Positions 16,919 to 26,782 of a stretch of 63,683 bases of DNA are shown one piece after another. Source of the DNA: a virus (taxonomy: Duplodnaviria; Caudoviricetes); the IMG/VR virus record IMGVR_UViG_3300021420_000031, positions 1-63,683 of that record. One strand, written 5' to 3'. Below the pieces are notes generated by a model. It was not told the DNA's origin. It did not search any database and worked only from the letters and a program-made list of their open reading frames with translations. Position 1 is the first letter of the stretch; each line of letters opens with the position of its first letter. Position numbers and translations under genes: made by a program.

Positions 16919-17628
16919 TGCTGACAGCCTACCTACAGACAGTCAGAAGGATAATGCTGAACGATCAGCGATTCGAGAGAGTAAACAACTTCGATCTCGT
17001 TGATTGGGTCAACATCGCGCGCGGACAGGTAGCTGCTGAGAGCGAGTGTATCCGCGTCTATTCGACGCTGGCGGTCGACGACACGGCGCAGCAGTACCCA
17101 TTTTCGGCGGTCGTCTTCCCGGCGGGTACGGCTGGGGTCGCTGTCGTTCAGGCTGTCCGGGACATTACGTGGAAAATTGCGGGGGGGCGGAAGAAGGTCT
17201 ACTCGCGAGAGTGGGAATGGTTCAACCGATACGTCCTATCGACCCCAGTTCCGGTTGCAGGCTCGCCAAAACATTGGGCTCAGTACGGACAGGGCACGCA
17301 AGGCACACTCTTCCTTAACCTTCTCGACACATCGTACAGCCTGTTTCTCGATACCGTCTGTCTGCCGTCACCGCTGAAATCCGATGCGGACCCGGAGGCA
17401 TTGCCTGGTCTGTGGACGGATGCGGTGCCCTATTTCGCGGCTTACATGGGATTCTTGCAGCAGGGCGATAACGAGCGCTCGGACAGCATGATGAAACTCT
17501 ACGGCGTATTCATGCAGCGAGCGCGAGACGGGGCGACTCCGAGTGAGCTTCCACATCAATTCGCGGGCGTCCCAGATCCTACGGTCGGCAACAAGCTCGG
17601 CATTCAGCAAAGAAGGACGGCGGCATGA
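16918..17628 (+). CDS. Head-tail adaptor/ring protein paralogue 4
   Basis: WVNIARGQVAAESEC...AQYGQG...WTDAVPYFAAY. Confidence 0.75.
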   Translation: MLTAYLQTVRRIMLNDQRFERVNNFDLVDWVNIARGQVAAESECIRVYSTLAVDDTAQQYPFSAVVFPAGTAGVAVVQAVRDITWKIAGGRKKVYSREWEWFNRYVLSTPVPVAGSPKHWAQYGQGTQGTLFLNLLDTSYSLFLDTVCLPSPLKSDADPEALPGLWTDAVPYFAAYMGFLQQGDNERSDSMMKLYGVFMQRARDGATPSELPHQFAGVPDPTVGNKLGIQQRRTAA

Positions 17629-18248
17629 AGTATTTTAAGACTTACCTGTTTGTCGCCGCCGGGCTGGTTGCCGCCGGGACCGTATACGCCCAGACGATAT
17701 ACCAGACCAAGACCTCCCTTGATGGAACGGAATATCTTCCGGTCGCAGTTTCGGGTGGGACGCCGGTCAAAGGCTTGTACGCAACGACAGCCCAGATCAA
17801 AACCTATGTTGGCTCAGCCGCGAGCGGCCTTTCGGGCATGACGCTCGGGCAAGTTCCGATCGCCGCAACCGCTTCCACGGTTACGTCGAGCAAGCCAACC
17901 GGTACGACCGGCAACAGCACGATCATCCAAACGGGTTCTGGCGGAACGGTAGATCCAACGATTTTGCCGGCGGCCTCATCGGGAACTTCGGGGGCAGCCC
18001 GTGGCGACGGAACCACGATTACGACAGGAGCTGGCGGTGTGCTGACGGCGACCGGCGTCACTCCGGCGCTAACTATCCCGACAAGTTCGATCGCGACCCT
18101 TGGGACGACGTGTACGTCGGGACAGACCGGACTCGTGTATCTCGTGACAGATGCGGCGGCCGTTCCGGTCTACAACGCAATTGTAGCTGGCTCGGGGACG
18201 ACCGTGTTGCTCGCCCTTTGTAACGGGACGAACTGGGTCAACCATTAA
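17625..18248 (+). CDS. Short fibre-like protein with signal peptide
   Basis: MKYFKTYLFVAAGLVAAGTVYA-Q; Thr/Gly-rich; C-terminal VTDA...CNGTNW fibre-type module. Confidence 0.7.
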   Translation: MKYFKTYLFVAAGLVAAGTVYAQTIYQTKTSLDGTEYLPVAVSGGTPVKGLYATTAQIKTYVGSAASGLSGMTLGQVPIAATASTVTSSKPTGTTGNSTIIQTGSGGTVDPTILPAASSGTSGAARGDGTTITTGAGGVLTATGVTPALTIPTSSIATLGTTCTSGQTGLVYLVTDAAAVPVYNAIVAGSGTTVLLALCNGTNWVNH

Positions 18249-18254
18249 AAGCCA

Positions 18255-19175
18255 ATGCTTTACGATTATCTAAAACAGACTGAGGGGTTCTTGCGGGACC
18301 GTAGCCAGCGGCTCCTCAACACCGAAGATCTCGTGGCGTACATCAATCGCGCTCGTCGCGATCTCGCGCTCCGTACGCAGTCGATCCGCCGTCTGCCACC
18401 GGTGTCTGGGCAAATCGTGAAAATTCAGGTGACTGCTCCCGGCTCCGGGTACACCGCGCCGCAAGTCACGATCTCGGGGCCTGACTTTCCTTCGGGCGCC
18501 ATCCCGTTTCCGGGCGGCGCTCAGGCGATTGCTGTCGCGCAGCAAATTGGGGGCCAGATCAGCGATGTCAGTCCGTCGTTCGGCGGTTATGGGTATTTTC
18601 AGCCGACCGCGACCATAAGCGATCCGACCGGCTCTGGCGCAACCCTGTCGTGCCAAGTGTCGCCGATCCTGACCGTCAATCCGTTTCAGGAAATCTACAA
18701 TTTCTCTGACTTCCCGCTCGACGAGTTCCCCGGCGTAAAGTCAGTATTCTCGATCTTCTCCGGGTCGATCATCTTTAATAACTTCCGGTATATGCTACTG
18801 AATTACCCTTGGACACAGTATCAGGCGCTGTTACGGAGCTACCCGCAACAATACTACTATGTTCCGACGGTCATGAGTCAGTACGGCCAGGGAATTTCTG
18901 GCTCGATGTATCTATACCCGCTTCCAAATGCCCTTTATCAGTGGGAAGCGGATTGCTTGTGCTTGCCGTCTGACCTTGAGGATGACGAGGATTTTGAGGC
19001 TCTCCCCGACCCGTGGACGGACGCTGTTCCGTACTTCGCCGCGCACATGAGCTATCTGGAGCTGCAAAACTTCAATATGGCGCGAGGTATGCTAGAGCTG
19101 TACCAGCAGATGACGAGCAGGTACAGCTCTGGGGCGAGACCGAGACTTCTAGTAAATCCCTATGGGCGCAGTTAA
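18255..19175 (+). CDS. Head-tail adaptor/ring protein paralogue 5 with GSGY insertion
   Basis: YINRAR...SQYGQG...LYPLP...WTDAVPYFAAH plus an inserted PGSGYTAP module. Confidence 0.75.
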   Translation: MLYDYLKQTEGFLRDRSQRLLNTEDLVAYINRARRDLALRTQSIRRLPPVSGQIVKIQVTAPGSGYTAPQVTISGPDFPSGAIPFPGGAQAIAVAQQIGGQISDVSPSFGGYGYFQPTATISDPTGSGATLSCQVSPILTVNPFQEIYNFSDFPLDEFPGVKSVFSIFSGSIIFNNFRYMLLNYPWTQYQALLRSYPQQYYYVPTVMSQYGQGISGSMYLYPLPNALYQWEADCLCLPSDLEDDEDFEALPDPWTDAVPYFAAHMSYLELQNFNMARGMLELYQQMTSRYSSGARPRLLVNPYGRS

Positions 19176-21427
19176 TGTCTGAGCGGGGCGGTCTGCCGGG
19201 TGCGGCGCAGCCAGTACCAGGTCTCCCAAATAGCTTCCTGCCGATTACGATCGAGGGGTTTTCCGGCCTCAACACCAAGCAGGATCGGCCGGCGATCAAG
19301 GACAGCGAGCTGTCCTGGTGCGACGGCTGGATGCCTATAGCGCCAAACATGCTTAAGGTTCTGCCGGGGACGGGGCCGATCTTCTATACGTCGGGTACGC
19401 CGGGCGACATCGTGTGGTTCGGCTTCGGCAATGTGGGCGTTCAGTCGTACCTGTTTGTGCTGCATACTGACGGGTCGATGACTGCGGTTACGGTCTTTGC
19501 TGGCGTCGCGACCCAGATCATGCCGCCGGGGACGATCACAAATCCGACATCCATTCTAGGCTTCTCGCAGTGGGGCAGCCTCTACATTATTTTCTCTAAA
19601 GACCAGACCAACGGCTATTGGCTTTGGGACGGCTCAAGTCTTTTTACGTCCGGCACGGCTGGACCGATCGTCGATATTCTGGACGGTGGGTCTGGGTATA
19701 CGTCGGTTCCGGGCGTGAGTGCGATAGGTGGCTCGGGAAGCGGCATCGTTTTGACCGCACAGATCGATAATGGGGCGGTTTCTCTAGTCACCGTCAACAA
19801 TCCGGGCTCGGGCTATCAGGTCGACGACCGGCTCGTTGTAATCTTTGCTGGCGGCAACGGGACCACTACACCGATCGGGACAGCCAACATCAGTGACGGG
19901 GTTATCACAAGCACGTTTTTGCAATCCGGGGGATCGGGATACCAAAGCTCTGGCGGCGTTCAGACCCCACCGACCGTCGTTATCACCGACGGCACCGGCA
20001 GCGGCGCGTCTATCGTCGTCAACGGCATGGCCGGCGGCATCGTCACGTCGCTGCAAATCGTGTCGGGCGGCAGCAATTACTCGGCGCCGACGCTCGGTTT
20101 CACGGGAGGTGGCGGCTCTGGCGCCCAAGCGCTCGCTTTTGTCGATCAGGGGGTCATCACCAGCGTTACGATCACGACGCCGGGCTCGGGGCTTCAATCG
20201 ACGCCTACTGTAGAATTTGTCGGGGCTACGGGCGCCGGCGCCGCCGCAATAGCGACGATTGGAGCTGGCGGCGCGGTCACTCAGGTTCAGGTGCAGGCTG
20301 GGGGCAAGGGATACACGAACCCGACGTTAGTCGTGTTCTCGGGGGGTAATGGCCCAGCGGTGGCGACGTTGAACTTAATGCCGTTCGGAGTTTCCGGGAC
20401 AACGGCTGAAGTATATCAGGGGCATGTCTGGGTTGGTAATGGCGGTGCGGTCGCGTCATTCCCCCCCAGGGGGCGCGTAATCTTCTCGGCGGGCGGAGAT
20501 CCGTCAGACTTCGGGGATGACGGCGGCGCCTTCGTTGATACGAACTCGTTTGCCAGGGTTGGCTACTTTTCGCTGCACCAGACCAACGGATTTTTGTATC
20601 TAGTCGCCGATTCGTCACTCGATTACGTCTCTGGTGTCACGACGACTTCGACTTCGACAACAGCAACGACAACCTTCAACAATCAGAACGCTGACCCGCA
20701 GATCGGGTCGCCTTGGCCATCGAGTTCGACCGTTTACAGCCGGAATCTCGCGTTTGCCAATGTGATTGGCATTCACATCTCGCTCGGTGGTGCCGTTACG
20801 AAAGTGTCCTATCCACTAGATGGCATCTACTTTTCGACGGCGCTGTCCGAGCCTGATTATCCGTCTGCTGTCGCGCAGATTTTCGGTAATACCGTTTATA
20901 TGCTGTTGATCCCGATCGCAGACCCAATCCTGGGTATGACGGTTAATAAACTGCTTCTGTGGGACGGTAACAGCCCATCGAAGCCGTGGTTTACCTCGCA
21001 GCAGGATCGTAATCTGACCTATGTATCGACGTTCGTAGACTTTAACTCTGCCCCGCAGGCGTGGGGAACCGACGGGACTCATGTATTTTCTCTCTTTGAG
21101 CAACCGTCAGCGGGATTCACTAAGACGTTTCAATCAAAGTTGTTCTCAAACCCGGCGTACTGGATGACCAAGACCGCGAACGAGCTATTCGGCGTTATCG
21201 AGAACCAAGGGGCGCCGATGACGATTACGGTCGACAATGAGTTGGGCGTGGGCTCTGGAGGTGGCTCGGTCAGTGTCCTTGCGTCCTCGGATGAATTCAA
21301 CGTGTTTGGCCCCATCCCCTGCGGTCAGAATGGCAGCCTTATCGGTGTCACGGTTTCGACGACTGCCGGTGCGGCGACGGTGATGTCGCTGACGATCATC
21401 GAGCAAGAGGAGGCAACAAGGGTCTGA
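19175..21427 (+). CDS. Tail nozzle / DNA stabilisation protein (P22 gp10- or T7 gp12-like position)
   Basis: 750 aa, beta-rich; FSGLNT near the N-terminus; internal GSGY repeats; start set at the TAATG overlap. Confidence 0.65.
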   Translation: MSERGGLPGAAQPVPGLPNSFLPITIEGFSGLNTKQDRPAIKDSELSWCDGWMPIAPNMLKVLPGTGPIFYTSGTPGDIVWFGFGNVGVQSYLFVLHTDGSMTAVTVFAGVATQIMPPGTITNPTSILGFSQWGSLYIIFSKDQTNGYWLWDGSSLFTSGTAGPIVDILDGGSGYTSVPGVSAIGGSGSGIVLTAQIDNGAVSLVTVNNPGSGYQVDDRLVVIFAGGNGTTTPIGTANISDGVITSTFLQSGGSGYQSSGGVQTPPTVVITDGTGSGASIVVNGMAGGIVTSLQIVSGGSNYSAPTLGFTGGGGSGAQALAFVDQGVITSVTITTPGSGLQSTPTVEFVGATGAGAAAIATIGAGGAVTQVQVQAGGKGYTNPTLVVFSGGNGPAVATLNLMPFGVSGTTAEVYQGHVWVGNGGAVASFPPRGRVIFSAGGDPSDFGDDGGAFVDTNSFARVGYFSLHQTNGFLYLVADSSLDYVSGVTTTSTSTTATTTFNNQNADPQIGSPWPSSSTVYSRNLAFANVIGIHISLGGAVTKVSYPLDGIYFSTALSEPDYPSAVAQIFGNTVYMLLIPIADPILGMTVNKLLLWDGNSPSKPWFTSQQDRNLTYVSTFVDFNSAPQAWGTDGTHVFSLFEQPSAGFTKTFQSKLFSNPAYWMTKTANELFGVIENQGAPMTITVDNELGVGSGGGSVSVLASSDEFNVFGPIPCGQNGSLIGVTVSTTAGAATVMSLTIIEQEEATRV

Positions 21428-21783
21428 TGGCGATCGGTACGCTTTTCGCCTTGCCCGGCAGCGCCGAAGATTGGCTGCAATTCAGCTTCGCGAACGCCGA
21501 CTCGCATATCAAGATCGCGGCGGCCATTCAGAAAAAGTACGGGATGCTGATCCCGACCTATCCGCTAGATCCGATCCCGTGGGAAGATTTTCAGCGGCTG
21601 ATCGCCAACCCGGTCTGGCTCTACAACCACCAGAACTCGCACAACGCCCAGGACGGCATCCTCGGCATCCAGGGGGCTGACTACACGACAGGAGATTTGA
21701 GCCGCCGCGACGAACTCGACAATTTCATCCGGTTGCATGGAAACGAGCATTTGCTGGCCGAGACGATGTTGGGGGTAACATGA
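21427..21783 (+). CDS. Hypothetical His-rich virion-module protein
   Basis: 118 aa coupled ORF. Confidence 0.7.
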   Translation: MAIGTLFALPGSAEDWLQFSFANADSHIKIAAAIQKKYGMLIPTYPLDPIPWEDFQRLIANPVWLYNHQNSHNAQDGILGIQGADYTTGDLSRRDELDNFIRLHGNEHLLAETMLGVT

Positions 21784-22331
21784 TAGGCAGCAAGGTCCGT
21801 GTCACCCAAGTTTGGCAACCCACGAAAGCCCCGGCGCCGAATTGGGATTATGACCCGTGGGCTCCCAAGGGGCCGGCGCCGCCGCTTCCCGCAGTCGATT
21901 TTGGCGCGGTGGTGCGGCTGTCGGCACAAACGCTGCCCGGTTGGCGTGACCATCTGCTCAAGCGCATCCCCGAGGTGTGGCCGGCGATGACGGTGCAGCG
22001 TGCCGAGATGCGCGTTCGCGAATTCATGACCATGCCGGACTGCATGTTCGCCCACAACAACGAGGCGATCGGCCTCGCTAGGTCGGAATCAGACCCGATG
22101 GATGGAGCGGTCATCATCCGGCAGATATTCATGTTCTCGACAGCGAAGCGGCACCGGTCCTGGGCCGCGATGCTTCGCGTCTACCGCCACATCGAGGCAT
22201 GGGGCATAAATCTGCGGGCCGTACGCTACGAGCTGGAGGGTGGTTCCGACATGGACCGGGGTAACCTGGTTGATCGGTGCCGCGCGTATTACTATGACGG
22301 AGCGCACCGGGATTTGAGGCCAAAGAAATGA
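21780..22331 (+). CDS. Hypothetical protein, possible GNAT-like fold
   Basis: 183 aa; IIRQIFMF...HIEAWG pattern; position before the ejection genes. Confidence 0.55.
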   Translation: MIGSKVRVTQVWQPTKAPAPNWDYDPWAPKGPAPPLPAVDFGAVVRLSAQTLPGWRDHLLKRIPEVWPAMTVQRAEMRVREFMTMPDCMFAHNNEAIGLARSESDPMDGAVIIRQIFMFSTAKRHRSWAAMLRVYRHIEAWGINLRAVRYELEGGSDMDRGNLVDRCRAYYYDGAHRDLRPKK

Positions 22332-23065
22332 TCATCGAACGGGTCACGTCGGCCAACCGGATCAACGCGATCCTGAACCACCCGGCTGTCCGACCGGACG
22401 TGGCGGATATAGCCGCTGGCGTGATCGATATGTCAGAGAAGATCGTCGGGACCGAGAATGTTTGTCTCATCGGTGAGTACGGGGCGTTTTTCTGCTTCAA
22501 GTTCTTTACTGGCACGTACGAGGTCCACACGCAAATCCTGCCGGAGGGACGCGGCGTATGGGCGAAGCAGTTCGCCGTGGCCGGCGCTCATTACATGTTC
22601 ACCGCGACCGATTGCGTCGAGATCCTGACCCGTGTCCCCGAGGGCCATGTGGCGGCAGCCGTGCTGACCCGATCAATGGGGTTCCGGGTGCAGTTCTCGA
22701 CGCCACCTGAATGTCTATTTCGGGGGAGGCGGGTGCCGTGCACGATCTACGCGCTTACCATCCAGGATTGGGCGATGTCCGTGTCAGACGAGGACGGTGC
22801 CATGTTTCATGAATGGCTAAACCGCCAAGTCACCGCCGGTAAACCGCACGATTCAGACCCCGATCACAATCGCATCGTCTCGATCGCGCTCGATATGATC
22901 AAGGCCGGGCAGGTCGGTAAAGGCGTGATTTGGTTCAACAGATGGGCGGCCGCGTGCCGCCACGAGGGCATTATCCTAATCGGGTTGGACCCGCCGCGTG
23001 TGCGATTTGATGCCGGGATGCTGGTGTTCGAGAACGAACAGATCAGGTTCGAGCCGTGTCATTGA
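22328..23065 (+). CDS. GNAT-like virion assembly protein (DUF2824-like)
   Basis: YEVHTQILPEGRGVWA...ILTRVP...RSMGF. Confidence 0.7.
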   Translation: MIIERVTSANRINAILNHPAVRPDVADIAAGVIDMSEKIVGTENVCLIGEYGAFFCFKFFTGTYEVHTQILPEGRGVWAKQFAVAGAHYMFTATDCVEILTRVPEGHVAAAVLTRSMGFRVQFSTPPECLFRGRRVPCTIYALTIQDWAMSVSDEDGAMFHEWLNRQVTAGKPHDSDPDHNRIVSIALDMIKAGQVGKGVIWFNRWAAACRHEGIILIGLDPPRVRFDAGMLVFENEQIRFEPCH

Positions 23066-23304
23066 AGCTGTGCGTACCCGCGAGTTCGCATGCAGCGGTC
23101 AAAAATCTGCTGTCGCTCAGGTGCCGCGGCGAGCCCGCCAACCAGTCCAAAAGCGTCGGCGACTCTCGTCTCGTTCATCATCGCGTACGCGCAGGCGCGC
23201 TTGGCCTCGCGTACGTCGCCGAGTGTCGGAGTGCCAGCAACAGGGAAATACGGGGCAGCGCAGCCCGAGAGCAGCAACAGCGCGGCGACAGCGGCCTTTT
23301 TCAT
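23059..23304 (-). CDS. Antisense lipoprotein
   Basis: MKKAAVAALLLLSG-C lipobox; C-terminal CMRTRGY. Confidence 0.8.
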   Translation of the reverse strand: MKKAAVAALLLLSGCAAPYFPVAGTPTLGDVREAKRACAYAMMNETRVADAFGLVGGLAAAPERQQIFDRCMRTRGYAQLQ

Positions 23305-23357
23305 CCGTCGCATATGTGCTGCCGGATGCGGCCGGTCAATCCCGCGCGGAAGGAAGT

Positions 23358-24731
23358 ATGATGATAGGCCGTGCCGAAAGGTGGGCGCACGAAGGGAATT
23401 TCTGCTCGTTTGGCCTCGTGTCCGCCCCACTTGCTGCATTCCTTGCTACTGACGTAGGACTCGGGGCAGGGTTGGCTGGCGGGATAGCGACTGGTTTAAC
23501 GGGAGCCGCTGTCGGCGCCGCCGGCGGTGCTGGATTGGCGGGGATCGAAGGCAAACCTCTCGGCAAGGGTGCCGAATTCGGAGCAATCACAGGTGGAGTC
23601 GCCGGTGGCTTGGGTTCGGCGCTAGGCACCGCTGGCGAGGCCGCTGGCCTTCCGGCCGGGGTGGCTGATGTCGCTGGCCCAGTTGTCGCCGGTGTTGGCG
23701 GTGGTCTTGCTGGGGGAGCGGCTACCGGGCAACCGCTTCTTACGAGCGCCTTGGAGGGCGGGGCGACGGGGTTAGTTGCTGGGGTGGCTGGCGCTGGGTC
23801 TCCTGCGACGCCCGCGCCGGGGGCATCGTCCGTACCAGCAACCGGCGTCGCCGGGGCCGGTACTTCCGCAGCTAGCGCTGCGCTTCCTGGCGGCGGAGTT
23901 CCTGTTTCCGGTGATTTTCTCAACCCCTCGGCGACACTCCCTGCGGGAGCCGGCGGATCATACTTCCAGGGCAGCAGCTTAACGACCAATACTGGCGGTC
24001 TGTATAGCTCCGCGCCGCTCAGCGAGACGGTCGGAGCGACCGTCCCTAGCGGCACACCGGGAGGCACGGCCCCGCTCGGATCGACATTGCCGAGTTCTGG
24101 GATCGGTGGGTCTGGAACCGATCCCGCCGCCTCTGGGCTGGGGGCCTTTGATGTTTCGGGGAACTCGGTCCCCGTTGGGAGCCCGGCGACTACTGATTCT
24201 GCGGGCGGCACAACGGGAACTGGCGGCACTAGGTTGGACTCCATCATCAGTAAGCTGACTAGCAACCCCGGCGTCCTGGTTGGTGCCGGCGCTCTAGGTC
24301 TCGATGCGCTCAAGCAGGGTCAGCCGCTCCCCGACGCGACGCAACTCAACAAGATCGGCGCTCAGACACAGGCCGAAGGGAATCAGCTTGCCTCTTACCT
24401 GTCTACGGGAACGCTACCGCCGGGGGCTCAGGAATCCGTTAATTTGGCGACGACCGCAGCGAAGGCGCAGGTCAGATCGACGGCGGCGCAACTGGGTCTG
24501 AGCGGTTCGACGTGGGAGGCCGACCGCATGAGCCAGATCGATCAGGCGGCGTCGGCGCAAGGCGAGCAAATCGCCCAGCAATTGCTAACGCAGGGAGCCA
24601 ACTACACCGGCATCTCAACGGGGGTGTTTGAGAACCTTATGAAATCTACGTTGACGCAAGACGAGGACTTCCAGAAAGCATTGGCGACGTTTTCTGCGGG
24701 CCTCGCTGGAGCCAGAACCGGAACTAGTTGA
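23358..24731 (+). CDS. DNA ejection (pilot) protein, Gly/Ala-rich
   Basis: Glycine-zipper N-terminus and Gln-rich helical C-terminus; AGGAAG upstream of ATG 23358. Confidence 0.7.
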   Translation: MMIGRAERWAHEGNFCSFGLVSAPLAAFLATDVGLGAGLAGGIATGLTGAAVGAAGGAGLAGIEGKPLGKGAEFGAITGGVAGGLGSALGTAGEAAGLPAGVADVAGPVVAGVGGGLAGGAATGQPLLTSALEGGATGLVAGVAGAGSPATPAPGASSVPATGVAGAGTSAASAALPGGGVPVSGDFLNPSATLPAGAGGSYFQGSSLTTNTGGLYSSAPLSETVGATVPSGTPGGTAPLGSTLPSSGIGGSGTDPAASGLGAFDVSGNSVPVGSPATTDSAGGTTGTGGTRLDSIISKLTSNPGVLVGAGALGLDALKQGQPLPDATQLNKIGAQTQAEGNQLASYLSTGTLPPGAQESVNLATTAAKAQVRSTAAQLGLSGSTWEADRMSQIDQAASAQGEQIAQQLLTQGANYTGISTGVFENLMKSTLTQDEDFQKALATFSAGLAGARTGTS

Positions 24732-26782
24732 TGCCAGATGCTGCAACCATACCGCCTGATCAGCTTCAGTATGTCCCTGGCGTAACCGTACAGCAGCCTC
24801 CGCCGCTCGGGCCGATAAGGTCCGTCACCGTTCCGAGCCCTGCGCCGCCGCCTTCTCCTCCGTCCCAAGCCGCCGCGCCACAGCCTCCTGCTCCCCAGAG
24901 GGACGATACCGGCGGGCGGATACCGCCGGAACAGATCGCCGAGTATTTCGTCGGTAAGGGCCTGACCACTGCGCAAGCGAAAGGAATGACCCGCGCCTTT
25001 ATGGAAGAGAGCGGCGGCGATCCTGACGCTTTCGATCCGGCGGGCGGTGGACGGGGAGCAGCGGGGATCGCGCAGTGGCGTGCTGCCAGGCAGCAACGGC
25101 TGATCGCGCAATACGGCCCCCGACCGACTGCTCGGCAGCAGCTCGACTTCGCATGGCAGGAGCTGAATTCGACCGAAAAGCCGGCATTTGATGCTGTGCG
25201 GCAAGCCTCGACGGAAAGTTCCGCTTACGATGCGTTCCGTTCGAAGTTTGAGCGGCCCGGCCCGCCAGCCGGCGAGTTGAGGGCCGGGGCCACGCCGGGG
25301 TTCCAGGAATTCATCAAGCGCAATGACGCTACCCAGAAGCAGGAGAGTGATGCGCTGCATGCGCTGATGGCTGAAGCCGATAAGGCCACGCCGGGGTCTC
25401 AGGAACGCCAGCAGGCGATGCAGCAGGCGATGGAGCATTCCGAGCGCCTGGCCAGGACATTCGAGGATATCGCCTCGCATCCGCCGACCGAGAAACCTTC
25501 GGACGAGATCCAAAGGTTTGGCTCGCTGGCCACGGTGATCGCGTTGTTCGGCGGTCTGTTGTCGAAGCGCCCGCTGACGGCGGCGCTCGGCGCGGCTGGC
25601 TCGGCGATGGAGGCGATGAATACCAACAATCACGAGCAATTCGAGCGGTCGTACAAGCAGTGGCATGATCAGACCTCGCTCGTGAGTCAGGCCCTGTCGT
25701 TTCAGAACCAAGAGATTAACCAAATCATCGCGAACGAACGGCTGACCGAAAGCGAGCGGCAAGAAAAGCTGAGCAACGTATTTCGGCTGTACGGGATGCA
25801 GCATCAGCTCGACCAGGCCGCGCTCGGGAATTGGGTCCAGGTCTATCAGATGACGAATGCGCTGCAAAAGGCGCAGGTCGACATGCAAAAGTCCCTGGCC
25901 CAGATCGGCTACTATAACGCCCGCGCCGGTGCGGCGGGAGGTGCTAGCGGCGGCAAGCTGGACACGGGCACCCTGAGCCAGATGGCCGATCAGTACATTG
26001 CGGGTGACAAGTCGGTTATTCAGGGCCTCGGTTATGGCAATGCCGGCGCAAGCAATCGCGCCGCGCTCCGTACGGCAATCTCACAAAAGGAGATGGATCG
26101 GGCTACGGCCGAGTTTCAGCAGTCGCACGGCGGCAGGCTGCCCACGGATGCCGAGAAAGAGGTCTTGTCACAAGACATCGGACGCCGGCTGGCCGTGGGC
26201 ATTGCAGAATATGGCGGATTGCAGCAAGCCGAGCGCACCGGATTCGGGCGCGTCGCGCAACTTACGATCGGCGCGCAGGAAGCGAAGCAATTCACGCCGC
26301 TCGCGCTGAAAGCATCTGAGAGCGTTGACCGAACGAATTACCCGAACTTCAACAAGCTCCAACTCGCGGTGATGGAAGGGACCGGCAACGAGGACGTGAT
26401 CAACTTCCTTGAGGCCAATGTCGCCTTGATCGACGCCTATGCCCAGGTGATCGGCCGTGGCAATTCTCAATTGACGGATGCCGCTCGGACACAGGCGACC
26501 AACCTGCTCAACACGAATTGGAGCAAAGGGCAGTATGCGACCGGTGTGGCGGCAATCAACCGAGAGATCGACGCGGCCCTGAAGGCTCCCCAGGAGATGC
26601 TGCAAACGTTCCGGCAGGGGTTTGCCGGGGGAGAGCACGGGGGCCTGCCTAATTTGTCGGGTGGGTCGAGCGGTTCTGCCCGGCCTGCGTGGGCAACGCA
26701 GTCCGCAACCGGGCCGCAGGGCGAGAAAATCTATACCGACGGGACCGCATGGTTCCATGCCGATCATACGCCGGTTCAGTGA
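24728..26782 (+). CDS. Ejection protein with phage tail lysozyme domain
   Basis: MEESGGDP...GIAQW...QQLDFAWQEL...FERP matches the phage tail lysozyme pattern; remainder helical. Confidence 0.8.
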   Translation: MMPDAATIPPDQLQYVPGVTVQQPPPLGPIRSVTVPSPAPPPSPPSQAAAPQPPAPQRDDTGGRIPPEQIAEYFVGKGLTTAQAKGMTRAFMEESGGDPDAFDPAGGGRGAAGIAQWRAARQQRLIAQYGPRPTARQQLDFAWQELNSTEKPAFDAVRQASTESSAYDAFRSKFERPGPPAGELRAGATPGFQEFIKRNDATQKQESDALHALMAEADKATPGSQERQQAMQQAMEHSERLARTFEDIASHPPTEKPSDEIQRFGSLATVIALFGGLLSKRPLTAALGAAGSAMEAMNTNNHEQFERSYKQWHDQTSLVSQALSFQNQEINQIIANERLTESERQEKLSNVFRLYGMQHQLDQAALGNWVQVYQMTNALQKAQVDMQKSLAQIGYYNARAGAAGGASGGKLDTGTLSQMADQYIAGDKSVIQGLGYGNAGASNRAALRTAISQKEMDRATAEFQQSHGGRLPTDAEKEVLSQDIGRRLAVGIAEYGGLQQAERTGFGRVAQLTIGAQEAKQFTPLALKASESVDRTNYPNFNKLQLAVMEGTGNEDVINFLEANVALIDAYAQVIGRGNSQLTDAARTQATNLLNTNWSKGQYATGVAAINREIDAALKAPQEMLQTFRQGFAGGEHGGLPNLSGGSSGSARPAWATQSATGPQGEKIYTDGTAWFHADHTPVQ

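Noticed and set aside
23336-25888. Long minus-strand ORFs (23336-24313, 24602-25888) and similar shadows elsewhere
   Set aside because: They are antisense shadows of GC-rich genes, with no motifs of their own.
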